A stretch of DNA of 64,000 nucleotides. It comes from Amphiscolops sp. MND2022. Taxonomy: Eukaryota. The notes under the pieces are model-generated. The model saw only the letters and a list, made by a program, of their open reading frames with translations, made no database searches and was not told the DNA's origin. The stretch is taken from positions 25,670,001 to 25,734,000 of the forward strand of contig OZ076409.1 in NCBI GenBank assembly GCA_964187785.1, given 5' to 3'. The position numbers and the translations under genes were made by a program. Below, piece by piece: positions 25,495-37,380 of the stretch (positions are counted from its first letter, which is position 1; each line of letters opens with the position of its first letter).

Positions 25495-28400
25495 TAATTT
25501 TGCCACGACTCCAAATCTCTGATCAAATGTCGATACGACAATATGTCATATCAGACCCAGCTACTATCGCCTACAAGCAATCACAAAAGGACATCACAGG
25601 GACCCCATCGACTGTCTGGCAGCAGCACATTATAAGACACAACTTTCACGAACCTCAAAAGTTTATTAAATATCCTTAAATGCTCCACAAGGGAATTTTC
25701 ACTGGGAAAATCGTATACGGAATCCTATTTTTAATAAAATTTCAAGCGCATTAGGATTATTATTACAAAGTATCAAAATTACCTATTTTGGTTATTTGTA
25801 AAACTTATAAAATGGGGGAAACGTTTTAGAGTCCTTAGTATACAGTTTATAAGGAATCCTGAAAACAGTTAGATATAAGGAAACTTGATGCATTTCCCAT
25901 GTATTAACAAGTGGAAAAAGTATCAGTAATACTTATACTTCAATGCAAATTGGCTTATAAGGAATACTTATGCATTTTAGACACGTAAATTTACGCGCAC
26001 TTTGAAAGTTGTGTCTTGTAATGCAGATGGTGGAAGCCTGTACTCAAACTCAATACATTATCCACAGTGACCACCCATACTTATATTGACGTAACAACCT
26101 CACTAAAGACTCAGAAACCCAATTCCGACCCTTACAAACTGTCGAAGACTACAACCCCCAATACTACGACCTCGAGTAAGACAAAGACCCGTACTGGGAT
26201 GAAGATTTATACGATAAACACAATTTACAATTTCGGAATGATGACTACCCGCCAACAGACGATGAGGATGACCCTGACATAGTAGACACCATACTGTCCC
26301 GGGCACTTATCGAACCGTGGCAACCAAATTTTGATGCAATCAAAGATCAGCCACATGCAGAAGAGACACAGACCACACCTGGCCTCCTCGACGAGACAGC
26401 CTTCATACATGTCCTTGTAACTAAAGAGGGAGAACCAGCGTACATACCATTATCCACAAACCTCGGACTCAAATATAAAAAACGGATGCTATATTTCCCG
26501 ATGGACTTTGGGGAACTAACCATAGACGGCCTCATAGAGACTGGAGCTCACTCCAGTGCAATACCGGAAGCAGACCTCAGGAAAATACGCCTCTTGGCGC
26601 CCCAATCCATAGTCAAAGAGGGACCTGCCCCGACGTTTCAAATTATGGTCGCAAACGGACAATTGGAAACCCCAAAGAGCACTGTTGAACTCAAGTTCGA
26701 AGTCGGAGATATCGAATTCCATGAAATATTTATAGTAATGGAAAAACTGACTGGCCCTATCATAGGACTGATGTTCCTCCAGAGGAATCATACGGTACTG
26801 GACATGCGACAAGGCATACTCAATCTCCCATATTTCTCGATGCAACTCAAAACGGCTGACCATAAATATTCTAATGTACTGGAACCAATACTTAACCCAG
26901 ACGATATCACAATACCACCCAATGACCGTATCTTAGTAGAGATCAAATCCCAAATCTACAACGAAAATACGGTCACAGGAGTGCTACAGCCCAGTGATCT
27001 CCTCCATGAAGAAGGAGACATCACATTCTGTGCCGCGATAGTCACATTGACTAGTGGAAATGTCAACGTTCAAATCAACAATTTCACGGACCAACCGTAT
27101 AAGCTTAGAAAAGGGACTACACATAGCAAACTTTTCTGTACTAACACCGGAACAGATGAAACACGTCAAACCAATTGACCCGGTGTCCACATGGCATCTC
27201 CTCAATGAAAATGAAGAGGATGCGATCTACTATGTCAGTAGTCTCCTCAAGGCTAATCGGAACAATGATCAATATGAACAGTACTGGTTTCCTGCGCCAG
27301 AAACCCAGGGGACGAAGATTCCCATACCCCCATCCAACGATCCAACGACGAATTCTTCAAGAATTACGAAACCTCCAAGAAGCTGAACTATTGAACCCTC
27401 AAAATGATGATGAGTCACGCCGCAAATTCCTTAGCAATTTTGACTGGAGAGACTCCATGCTGCAACAACACGAAATCAAAAAGATCGAATCGCATTTAGT
27501 CGAATACCATGACATATTCGCACGATACAGATTTGACATCGAAATGAATGAAGAATTCACGGTCAAACTGACCCCTAAGGACGATTCGCCCGCTTACAGC
27601 CAAAGTCTTCCAACTCCAGTCAATTTAAAAGAGGACATACTCGTCGAACTGGCCCTCTTACACAAACATGGCATAGTAACTACACTGCCATTTTCGAAAT
27701 ACGCCAGTCCCAAATTCGCACAGAAAAGCCGAATGGGAAGCTAAGACTTCTAGTCGACCTGAGGAAAATTAATAACCTCATTTCGGATGACTATATAAAC
27801 AACAATCATCCGGTTAGTACCCTAACGGACGCTGCACAACATATGGCAGGAAAGAAACTATTCTGTAAACTTGATTGTTCACAGGCATATCACTGCCTAC
27901 CAATGGCGGACCAAAGGTCCGTTGAGATGCTTGCGTTCAACTTTGCAAGCCGCACCTTTGCGTATCGACGACTTGCTCAGGGCCTTAGCAGGGCATTATC
28001 AGCATTTTCAAGCTTTATGAGGGAATACCTCGATAAAGTTATCAAAGCTGATCAATGTGCCCAATATGTCGACGACATTGGCATAGCCGCCAATGATGCG
28101 GATCATCTCATAAAAAATTTGAAAGCAACCTTTGAGTGCATTAGGCATGCTGGCCTTAAACTGACAATGCACAAATGCCACTTCGGGGCAACGGAGATCA
28201 TTTTCTTGGGGAGAACAATTACTCCGGCGGGAGTCAAACCACAAAAGGAGCGAATAACAAACTTCCTAGAAAAAACCAAATTCCCCAAATCTAAAAAGGC
28301 TCTACAAAGATATCTTGGTTTCCTCAATTATTACAGGAACTATATCCCAAGATTATCTGAAAAATTAGCTCCTTTCTTTCAACTTCTCAAAAAAGACGAA

Positions 28401-31133
28401 AAAGTCCTGGTGACCACAGAACTAATACAACAGTTCAATGAAATCAATCGGGACCTCGACAAATGTAGCCAATTGGCCCTGAAGCAACCTTTGCCAAACA
28501 AGCAACTGGTCTTGATGACAGACGCTAGTTTCACAGCGGCCGGCTACGCCATACTTACCGAAGACGACCCAAACCAGAAATATTCATCTGTCAAAAAATC
28601 ATACGCTCCAATTGCATATGGCTCAAAAACTTTTACGCCATCGCAACTCAAAATGTCCATATACGCCAAGGAATTCTTAGCAATTTATTACGCATTCGAA
28701 GAATTTGGACATATTTTCTGGGGAGCCCCTAAACCGATTACCATCCTCACGGACAACAAATCGGTCACGAGATTCTTCCAGACGAAGATAATCCCTCCAA
28801 CACTCTGGAATGCATGTGACTATGTAATACAATTCAATTTTGTCATAGCACATATACCATGGAAAAACAACACAGCAGCTGACTACTTATCTCGCATAGA
28901 AACGGACCCCAGAGAGAAACTAGTCCTTAAAATCCGAAAAGACATAGAGACTAAGCCCATCGAGGTCAATGTCCAATCAGCAGGCGTAGCTGAAGAGGAA
29001 CAGGTTTTCTTCACGGAGCAAGATGATGAGACAGAAGCTCAAATTTGGGAGCGTAAAAAACAAAGCCGAACTAACCCAATCGACCAAGAAGGCGTAATTC
29101 AAATTGACGCAATATCTGAAAATCTAGTAGATGAAATTACGAACTTTACCCAAAAAATGCGCAGAACGAACCAAGTTTTACTTGAACAATCCAAAGACCC
29201 TATACTGCGCCAACTCAAAGCCAAAATTCAAAACGAAGACTATTCTGAAGAACTACTCCAGCAAGATATCCGATACAAACACTACCTTAACAACTTGGAC
29301 CGAATAGTCCTTGAAGACGAAATAGTCACACGACAATATTATGATTAAACTGGACAAGTCAAGTATCACCAGGTTCTCTTAACAAAACACCTTTTGACAG
29401 AATTGTTACAGGCCCTACACGGAACGGCGCACAAACACCCTGGCATATCGAAAATGTTACAAGAAATCCGACAGAAATATTACTACCCTGGTATAGCAAA
29501 ACATGCTAAAAAATGGGTAGAAGGATGTGTAGCTTGCGCAAAAGATAAAAGGGTTCCAAACAACACGATCACACCTGAATTGCTTAACTTGCCAGAATGG
29601 GACCTTGGACCAGAGGATGCAATGCAAATCGATTTACTCCCAAACCTACCAACAAGCGGGGGTTACCAAACAGTGATGACAGCAATAGAAGTCTTTTCAA
29701 GATATCTGTTTGCCTACCCGCTAGTTGAGGCAACAGCCTCCAACACGGCAAAGGTCTTAATAGACATCATGACAAAGCACTCATATTTGCCAACTACGAT
29801 CATCACCGACAAGGGAACCGCTTTTACATCAAAAATTATTGCAGAGATAACGCAAGTATTGGGATAAACATTAAAATGTGCGACGACTAAACATCCACAA
29901 ACAATTGGCAAACTCGAGAGAACTCACGCCTCATTGAAGACAAATTTGAAACTAACCTCAGGGGAATATCGCCGTCAATGGCACAAATATTTGCCGCTAG
30001 CAGTGCTGAATTATAACACAACTTATCACTCCAGCATCGGTTGTGAACCGAGCAAGGTCTTTCACGGAAGAATTCCCTATATTGTTCTTGACCATAAACT
30101 TGGAAATAATCTTAATAAGGATTTCCTCCCGACTACTGAATTTGGTGAAGAGTTACAACAGAGAACGAAAGTTCTCATTGACAAAACGAAGCATAACATT
30201 ATGCAGTCCTACTTGAAATATAAGGAGTACTATGACCGAAAGGCCAAAGCAGCTCCTCTCAGTGAACAAGATTTTTGTTTTATCCTACAGCCTAAAGCGG
30301 ATAATCAAGGATCAAAAATACCATTCAGAGAATATCGCTGGATCGGTCCTTATTGAATTGAAAAGGTATTACCTAACGACAATTACATTGTCCGCCGGTT
30401 AAATACGAATAAAACACAGATATTACACCGAATCCGCCTGAAAAAATTTGTTCCAAACACGCCCTTAGAGGACAATTAAGCCAAAGAGAAATTGCAACCA
30501 GATGATGAAATAATCATACCGCAAGATGATTTATACACCATCTCATGGGAAGCAGATTTTGACTACCATGTCTTCGATCCGAGACGAGACGATAATACGG
30601 ACGAAGAATCGCAAACACCAGACAGCGATGCTGGTGTCACGACTAGTGATTACGTCATTTATGACAACGCTGATGACAACGCGGTAAGGCCGGGGACGGC
30701 CACCAGCCGAGAAGGCACAATTACACGAGACGCAAATGACGTCACCGAATTGAATGAACGAACCAAAATGAATGAAAATGAAGCGGGACCGAGTACGGCC
30801 GCTAGCCGAGACACACCTATAGTGCATGACGAACATGACGTTAACAAGAATGCTGCGCGAGAAGAACAAAGCAGCGAAACAGGAAGGCCGAGAACGGCCA
30901 CTAGCCGAAATAGCCACAATACACCACCTAGTTCAGAAAAGAACGTGAATGACGTCACAAATGAATTAGAAGGCGAGAAAAACTCTCTTAACGAGGGGGA
31001 TGATATTACCGTGCCCGGAATATCGAACAAAAAAGCAAATGAAAAAACTGATGAAAACTCTAGCCCTAGAGGGGGGAAATACAACCTTCGACCTAACCCC
31101 AATCCCAACTATACTGATGAATACAGATACTAG
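25494..31133 (+). pseudogene. pol: pol (protease, dUTPase-like, RT, RNase H, integrase), disrupted
   Basis: LIETGA (protease site D>E), QYVDD (RT), MTDAS/KEFLA/TDNKS/ADYLSR (RNase H), LH..HKHPG..CVAC, QIDLL, ITDKG, KLERTH (integrase), WIGPY; several stops and frameshifts. Confidence 0.95.
25628..26023. mobile_element. CACTA/EnSpm-like MITE inserted in pol
   Basis: 21-bp TIRs CATTA(T/C)AAGACACAACTTTCA; 2-bp TSD CA; removal restores WQQQMVEA in the pol frame. Confidence 0.9.
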
Positions 31134-31308
31134 TCAGAAATGATAAATTATGTCCCTATTTATGTTCTTGCCTAATAAGGCATGTTTTTGACTGGGACTA
31201 CTCTGACTTCTTTGACTCAAAAGAAACTAACTATATAAATATGAAAACAAAACAGAACTGAAATTTACAACTCAAAAGTTTAAAATGGCGAATGTACACT
31301 ATGTACAT

Positions 31309-34300
31309 TTAACTTTTAGAGCTTCCTTCTCGCAATTCTTGCACTGTCTTTGACAACTCATCAGCAGGGAGATCGCCGAAATAAGCAAGTTTTTGTGCTT
31401 GGCCGGCAGCCCATTTAATCTTCCGAATAGCAGTAGTGGACACAGAGGACGAGCGTGACGCAGTACTGATACCGACAACAGGAACACTTTTCAAGCTCTT
31501 AAAAGCACTGGTGAGATTCTTTAAGAATTCGGCCCGGCCAAACACGTCAGCGTGGACCCAAGGGTCACCAGCGAAGTGTCTGGAGCTGAACTGTCCCTCT
31601 AACTCACGATACTGGGCCAAGGCGGACTCAGTAGTGCAATTGGCAATTGCTTCTGGGCAGTTTGACAAATACGACTGTGCGGGCAAAATTATTGCAGAAA
31701 GTCGACTACTGGAGCTAGAAGTATCTACATCATGGAATTTAATGGTCGGAAGTTCCTGATGGGCCTCAGTGATACAAAGACAGCATAACCGGAAGAGGTG
31801 GAAAAGCCTTGAACGGCTACGAAACAATGGCATAACGATAAGGAAGTCCAACATATCAACTATTGTGTTGGGAGCATTTTTGACTGTGCCACAAGTATTT
31901 CGGAGAAGATCGATGAACTCGAAATACTCTTCTTGGTAGTCACTCTTAACGGCTAGATCCACCCAACCACGGAGGTGGAAGCTATCAAACAGGGCGTTGA
32001 AGCAGAAGGTAGCCTGTTCCAAAGGAAGAGAGAGGAACACGTGTGGGTCGAAGCAGCCCATACCGTGTATAATATCAGCGGTGAAATGGATGTCCTCCAA
32101 CAAAGCTTCCAATAGAGAGACAATGTAAGCGCGAGCTTCTGTCCCAACTTTTTCCTTCTCCCTAGCGACCATTTCTTCTAGACTGGCAGTGGGAGCCTTG
32201 TCAGCAGGGAAACGCTTCACTTTAGCTTGGCAAGCAGCATCAAGGTCAACGGTAAATTTGAGTTGATTCAAAAAATCGCGGCAAGATAGCTGTCTCAGAT
32301 CGTCAAGGCACAGATGGAGCAACTTTGTCCACTCAATGTCTCCAGGGATGTACTTGGGCAGAATGGCTCGGTGGCACAATTTCCTCACGTAACGGCAATA
32401 CTGTCCGTAAACGAACAGCGCTGAGTCACGTCGCTATGCCAGACTGCGCTCAAAGCATTTGGTATCTAAACAAACGAAGTCAAAATTGAGTCCTAATATG
32501 TGATAATCTAGTGAGGTCTCCTACCTTCTCAATCACTAATGACAATCATGATCAAATTCCAACATTAAAGGAAAAGAGACAATTAGGGCTCAGCTTTACA
32601 ATGAAGAAAAATGACTAACAATCACGGACTAGAAGGGACAAAAGTTCTAATTTAGCGGTGAACAAATCGTCCTGGATGATCTCCCACTCCAGACTTTGTG
32701 GCTAAAAAGAAAAATTATATGAGAACTGGGTCGACAAGAAGGATTACTTCACATGAGGGTGTTTGGCAAATTAAATGGACAAACAGAAGACTTGTACCTT
32801 GTTTCTCACTCCTTGCATCACTTGGGTTGGTGCCAATTTCGTCAAGTAGTCGTGAATGGTAGACCAATTCTTTATGAGTTCAGTGCAAATTGTCGGGACC
32901 TTTTTGAGGTCCAGGTCACAAGCTGCGGATGCCTGCAAAAGAATAATCCTCATAGTCATGCTATAAGTCAGGAAGACAAAGGACCTATGGGCTGCAATGA
33001 AAATCAGAGAAACGATGGTTACATGAGGTAATGTCAACAGAAATTTAAGTTGGACCCACCTTACACAACTCTGGACATTGTGGGGCCCATGGCTGACTTG
33101 GACTACCGCGGAGAAAGACGACTAAGTATTTCAGCTGCGAGAACATATCAATGCGGCCAAAGACATGGGTAGTCTGAAGGGCATTTGGGTGCATCAGGTC
33201 AGGCAGAGAAAAGGCTTCAAAGCGGAAGGGATATTGGATTCCGTGCTCATATAGTTTGGAAGATTCAAGGGCCTGGAACGCCATAGAGGAACACCCGGAG
33301 ATGCTGACTAAATTCGGCTTGGAGGAAACGCAAGACAGCAAGCACGATATGGCAGATAAACAGCAATCGGGGTACGCATCAGACTGCAGATGTCGGTGAA
33401 GCTCTACACGGACGAGTGAGTCCCCCCTCCAGAAGCGGATTGACATACACCGATAGACACCAGCTGTGGTGAATTCAATGGAATACATCCCAGTGGCAAT
33501 GACTTGACTGGAGATGTCAGCTAGCCCCCGCATGAAAATGTGGTGGAAGATGTTCTGAAATGAAAACGGATAATTAAAGAAGTTTGAGACCCACCGACCA
33601 ACTGGGCCTATATTTAGATATGAACTACAGAACTACTTACGGTGAGAGTGGCAGGTCCCCAATCGAATGAGGAGAAAAGGGCTTGATGGTTGGTGAACAC
33701 ACCGACCTTTGTCCATAAATTCTGCAAGAGCGAGAGGTTGCCATCTTGAGGCACGAATGTTCCAATTAGAGAAATGAGGGTGCTAGTTCGCAAATCGCTG
33801 GGATTGGTGATTCCCCCTATGCTGGCCATGTAGTCGTCGTAAAATGGATAACGGCCTCCCGCATCGATGAGTGGAGCGTCTATGAAACGGGGTTTCTCCC
33901 TTTCCAGCTCGAAAGGAGTAAGGACATAACCGTCCTTCCCCCTAACTTGATGTGTGACGATTCCAGTATTACTGTCTGTCTCTTGCAAATGAACATAACG
34001 CCATTTTTGATCTTTCCGCAGATGCCCTTCTTTCTGGTAATGGCGCAGTATCTCCCTCGCCCCTTTGGAGTAGATGGACACGTTAGTCTTACACAACATA
34101 CAGTAGAACTTGAATTTGTTGTGAATCGGGTCGACGGGTCCAGTCACAAAGGTCCGGGTCCATTGGATGCTCTTGAAGTACGCATCTTTCATAACCTTCC
34201 CTGGCTTGCTCAATAATTTCATTCTCTTCCGGGGAGGGCTACGTGGCAATGTCTCCATATCTTTATTCCGGGCTAAAGCAGATAAAGGTTGGTAGTCGGT

Positions 34301-35358
34301 GCTGCTGTACCCACTACCCGATGTAGGAGTAGCGTTATCAGCTCGAGACGTGCTGGTACGAATCCCCAAGCTTGTTACGGGGGTGAGTGTTAGAGGATCT
34401 GTTTCGCTAACTACTTCAGTGCCAGAAATCGACCCAAGCTGGTAAGGATCCTCGTCAGAGTTTATGGCACCACTCGTATAGCCATCACTCACATTTCCTT
34501 TTTGGCTGTCTTCCTCCCCTGAACTCTCAGCAAGATGGCGGGCTGGGGTAGGACACCTTCGGGGCAATTTCCTCTTTTTGTCCTGAGAAGTCCCCGTTGC
34601 GGCATGTAAAGGTAGGGATTTCATCTAATGATATGAAGAAAGAGCGCTTTCGTCGGCAACAGTTCTGAGGATAGCGTGCATCTGCTCTTGATTGAACGCA
34701 ACGGTAGAGTGCCCAACTGGTAATCGGATTGGTGTTGCGGCAGTAAAATATTTACGGATGATGGTTCGTCCTTTGGCTGACAACTGTCTATCGCTGGATT
34801 CAAGCATAGCCCGGTAAGCTTCTTGCTCCTCATCACTGTTCCCAGCCTCTAAGTGAAATTCCCCTTCAAGGTCCGGAAAATCCTCAGGATTCAATGTAAC
34901 GCTTCGGGAAACAGGAGGGAAAGCAGCAACTCCAGAGCTGTTCAATAACTCCTCAGCATCAGTGGTGTCACCATAAAGTGGTGCAGCCCCTTCTTGGGAG
35001 GCAATCTCTTCTTTGTCATCAGGCCCTGTGGGGCTAATTGGCCGACTAGGAGTTATAACGATGGCTTCTGAGACCGAGACCTTCTGGAAAGCAAAATCCA
35101 TGGTGGACATTCGGGGCACTGCACCTTGTTGAGCAGGGAGGATTGAAACTGATTCCCGCTCAGGCAGGTTCATCTCTGCGACGGTTCTTTCGATGAAAGC
35201 AGTAACGCTCTCATTAGTGGATCGACTACAATTGGAAGTCTGAGAAGACGGACGAGGGGGTCAGTAGTATTCGCGGGCCCTATGTGCTCAAGGTTATCTT
35301 CGTTGGAATTGTTGATTGTGGGAACAGTGGATTCTGGCAAAGCCTTCGTAGACGACAT
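31309..35358 (-). pseudogene. Antisense intron-containing gene: BED-like zinc finger plus degenerate hAT-transposase-like body
   Basis: Exons 35358-33641, 33554-33060, 32932-32798, 32701-32620, 32465-31309 joined in frame by GT-AG introns; FYCMLCKTNVSIYSKGAREILRHYQKEGH; stops at 34625-34627 and 32434-32436 and a frameshift near 35170. Start codon uncertain. Confidence 0.8.
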
Positions 35359-36542
35359 GCCTAAGCAGAAGGAAATAAATTTTTGCGGGCAACTTCCTGA
35401 AAACGTGTCCATATGTACCGCAGTAAAACCTTCCGGAAGTGAAAAGAAAGCGATATTGAAATCATTTGATGAAAAGGACAGGAAGTACCTGAACGAGAGG
35501 AAGAGCCTTGATCAAGCTCATTTCCGTTCAAAATTAAAAAAGACCAGATAGCTCACCTGAATTAATTGTCCAATTGAAGATTGAGCAGAGATGGGAGATC
35601 GTTCCGATTGAGATGATTTGTTACTGATTTTCCTAAAGGAGCTGGTGCGGGACGGTAGAATGCCCAGGTGGGACCGTATCGGTAAGGGTGTAAAAATGTG
35701 GCTTTCGTAGTCAAGCCTGATTCCAAAGTGAGAACTGCTGTTGACCCAAAGGGCAATCGATAAACCAGACCAGGAATGGTGAAAACGAATTAAAGGGCCC
35801 TCTAATGAATTAAAGATAAGAAGAAACTAAAACTGACTGTGATACTGAGTATACAATGGATAAATTCGAACATGGAAATGTAACAATTAATGAGTTGGAA
35901 GAAGATGAGAGTGATTGCAAGAGCAAAGTTGGAGTTCGTGGCAAACTGGATTTGTTGTCAAATATTTTTACAATTTTGAGAATTATTGTATGGATGGAAT
36001 CTGCCAGAGAAATCCACATTAGTTATATTTCGAAACATGCATTTTCATTATTTTGTTATCTTGGTTATTTCATTATTTTTAGTTATTTTATTATTTCCTT
36101 ATTTGGATTATTATTTTTAATTCCGCCATTTTGGAAAGCGGACAGAGTGGGCGATTCCCATTGGCTGTCGCGGCGATGCGCCGCGCGTGGCCTTAAAACT
36201 TCATCACCCTCTCTTAAAATTCTCAAGTTAATATCAAGTGGAGATAAACACTAGACGAAGTCCTTGAAGGTTCTTTGCCGACTTAGGCAAGCTGAAGTTG
36301 ACCGTCGGTCAACAAAGCGGAAGGCGGTCTATATCAAAGAACATCTTGGAAAGTTTAGTCAATGAAACATGATGCGGGAAACAAAAGACCGGGAAAATGT
36401 GAAGCCAAACCATCGAGAAATTGAGAAATGAAAATCGCCATTTGCTTCCTAACTTTCAAACTAAACAGTTGCTCTACTCAAACAAAATTAAAATTGTCCT
36501 ATTGCATTCAAAATTGCAAAAAAGATAATAAAAGATAGATTT

Positions 36543-37380
36543 ATGGCTCAACGATTTCGTGAAGACTTCATTGGCGCAGCGCCCGAGGGCGTAGATATTA
36601 TCTGCCTGTCCAGCGACGAAGAGGAGGGAATGTGTGACCTAAGCATGACTTCGGTGCTAGACCTTCAACTGTCATCGGAAGACGAAGAAGAAATAGATGA
36701 CGAAATCATGATGATGGCCCAGTGTGTCGAGATGGAATTATCATCGCCCATCCCAGTGCCTGGTCCATCCACAGCGCTGAAAATTAGAAACGAGGCCCCC
36801 CGATATAACCCACCAAGGTACGGGACCTCCGGGGCGAGTTTTGCAACAAGGCCTACTCTTGACCAATCCTTCTTCTCATTAGGAAAAGGAAACGACCCAA
36901 TACGGCGAGACGACCGAGTGCGCAATAATCACCCTATCAAGCTGTGTAGGGAAATCATTCCCATGGTGGACACTCCCATGTCGCCCCCACCAGAAGAGAA
37001 AGGACCAACTTACGACACCTATTCAGCGGACGGTCAGGGCGAGATTACCCAGCAGTCATTGGACGCAGTTGCAAACCATTTCCAAGGAATGGAGATTGAG
37101 ACGAACAATCCTATGGCAAATTACTCAGTTGCGTGATATGTGGGAAATCTACATTACAAATCCAGAGTGAAGCAGTCACAGACTACTTGCGCAAGACGGC
37201 CATTTTGGGCGAATCAGCAGATCAACTAGAAGCGCGCAAAAGAGCTTTTTTCAAGGAATGCAAGTGGGCACTTTCTTATTACTACCAGGGGGAGTGTGGC
37301 AGGCTGCCGCCTGCGATGGCAACATTTACACGATTGACCATACGAAGCCAATCGCCCTACCTGGGACGCTCCCATTGTAA
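36543..37380 (+). pseudogene. Accessory sense ORF overlapping the PPT and U3
   Basis: 197-aa open frame MAQRFRED..., continued after frameshifts near 37128 (CVICGK) and 37250 as QGMQVGTFLLLPGGVWQAAACDG...TLPL*, stop 37378-37380 inside the LTR. Confidence 0.7.
37287..37294 (+). promoter_or_regulatory. Polypurine tract
   Basis: AGGGGGAG immediately before the TG of the 3' LTR. Confidence 0.85.

Larger units (their letters stand above)
23796..25497 (+). pseudogene. gag: gag (starts in LTR; two CCHC knuckles), disrupted
   Basis: MPSTRRQKAKSRKS... to ...PESKN; capsid-like TFDGKTEKFELFED; knuckles CSYCKAEDHFWKNC and CPTCSKTNHPAEKC; frameshifts near 24290 and 24485, stop at 24967. Confidence 0.9.

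Noticed and set aside
30543..31108. Minus-strand ORFs of 124 and 149 aa
   Set aside because: Shadows of the low-complexity pol C-terminus.
32520..32619. Longer exon 4 using the GTAGGA donor near 32524
   Set aside because: Contains several in-frame stops; the GTTAGT donor at 32619 gives a clean phase-1 join.
35856..36254. 132-aa ORF with a hydrophobic stretch
   Set aside because: Hydrophobicity derives from a TTATTT low-complexity tract in the putative promoter region.
31134..37294. env gene in element 2
   Set aside because: No sense ORF with an evident signal peptide, furin site and TM anchor.
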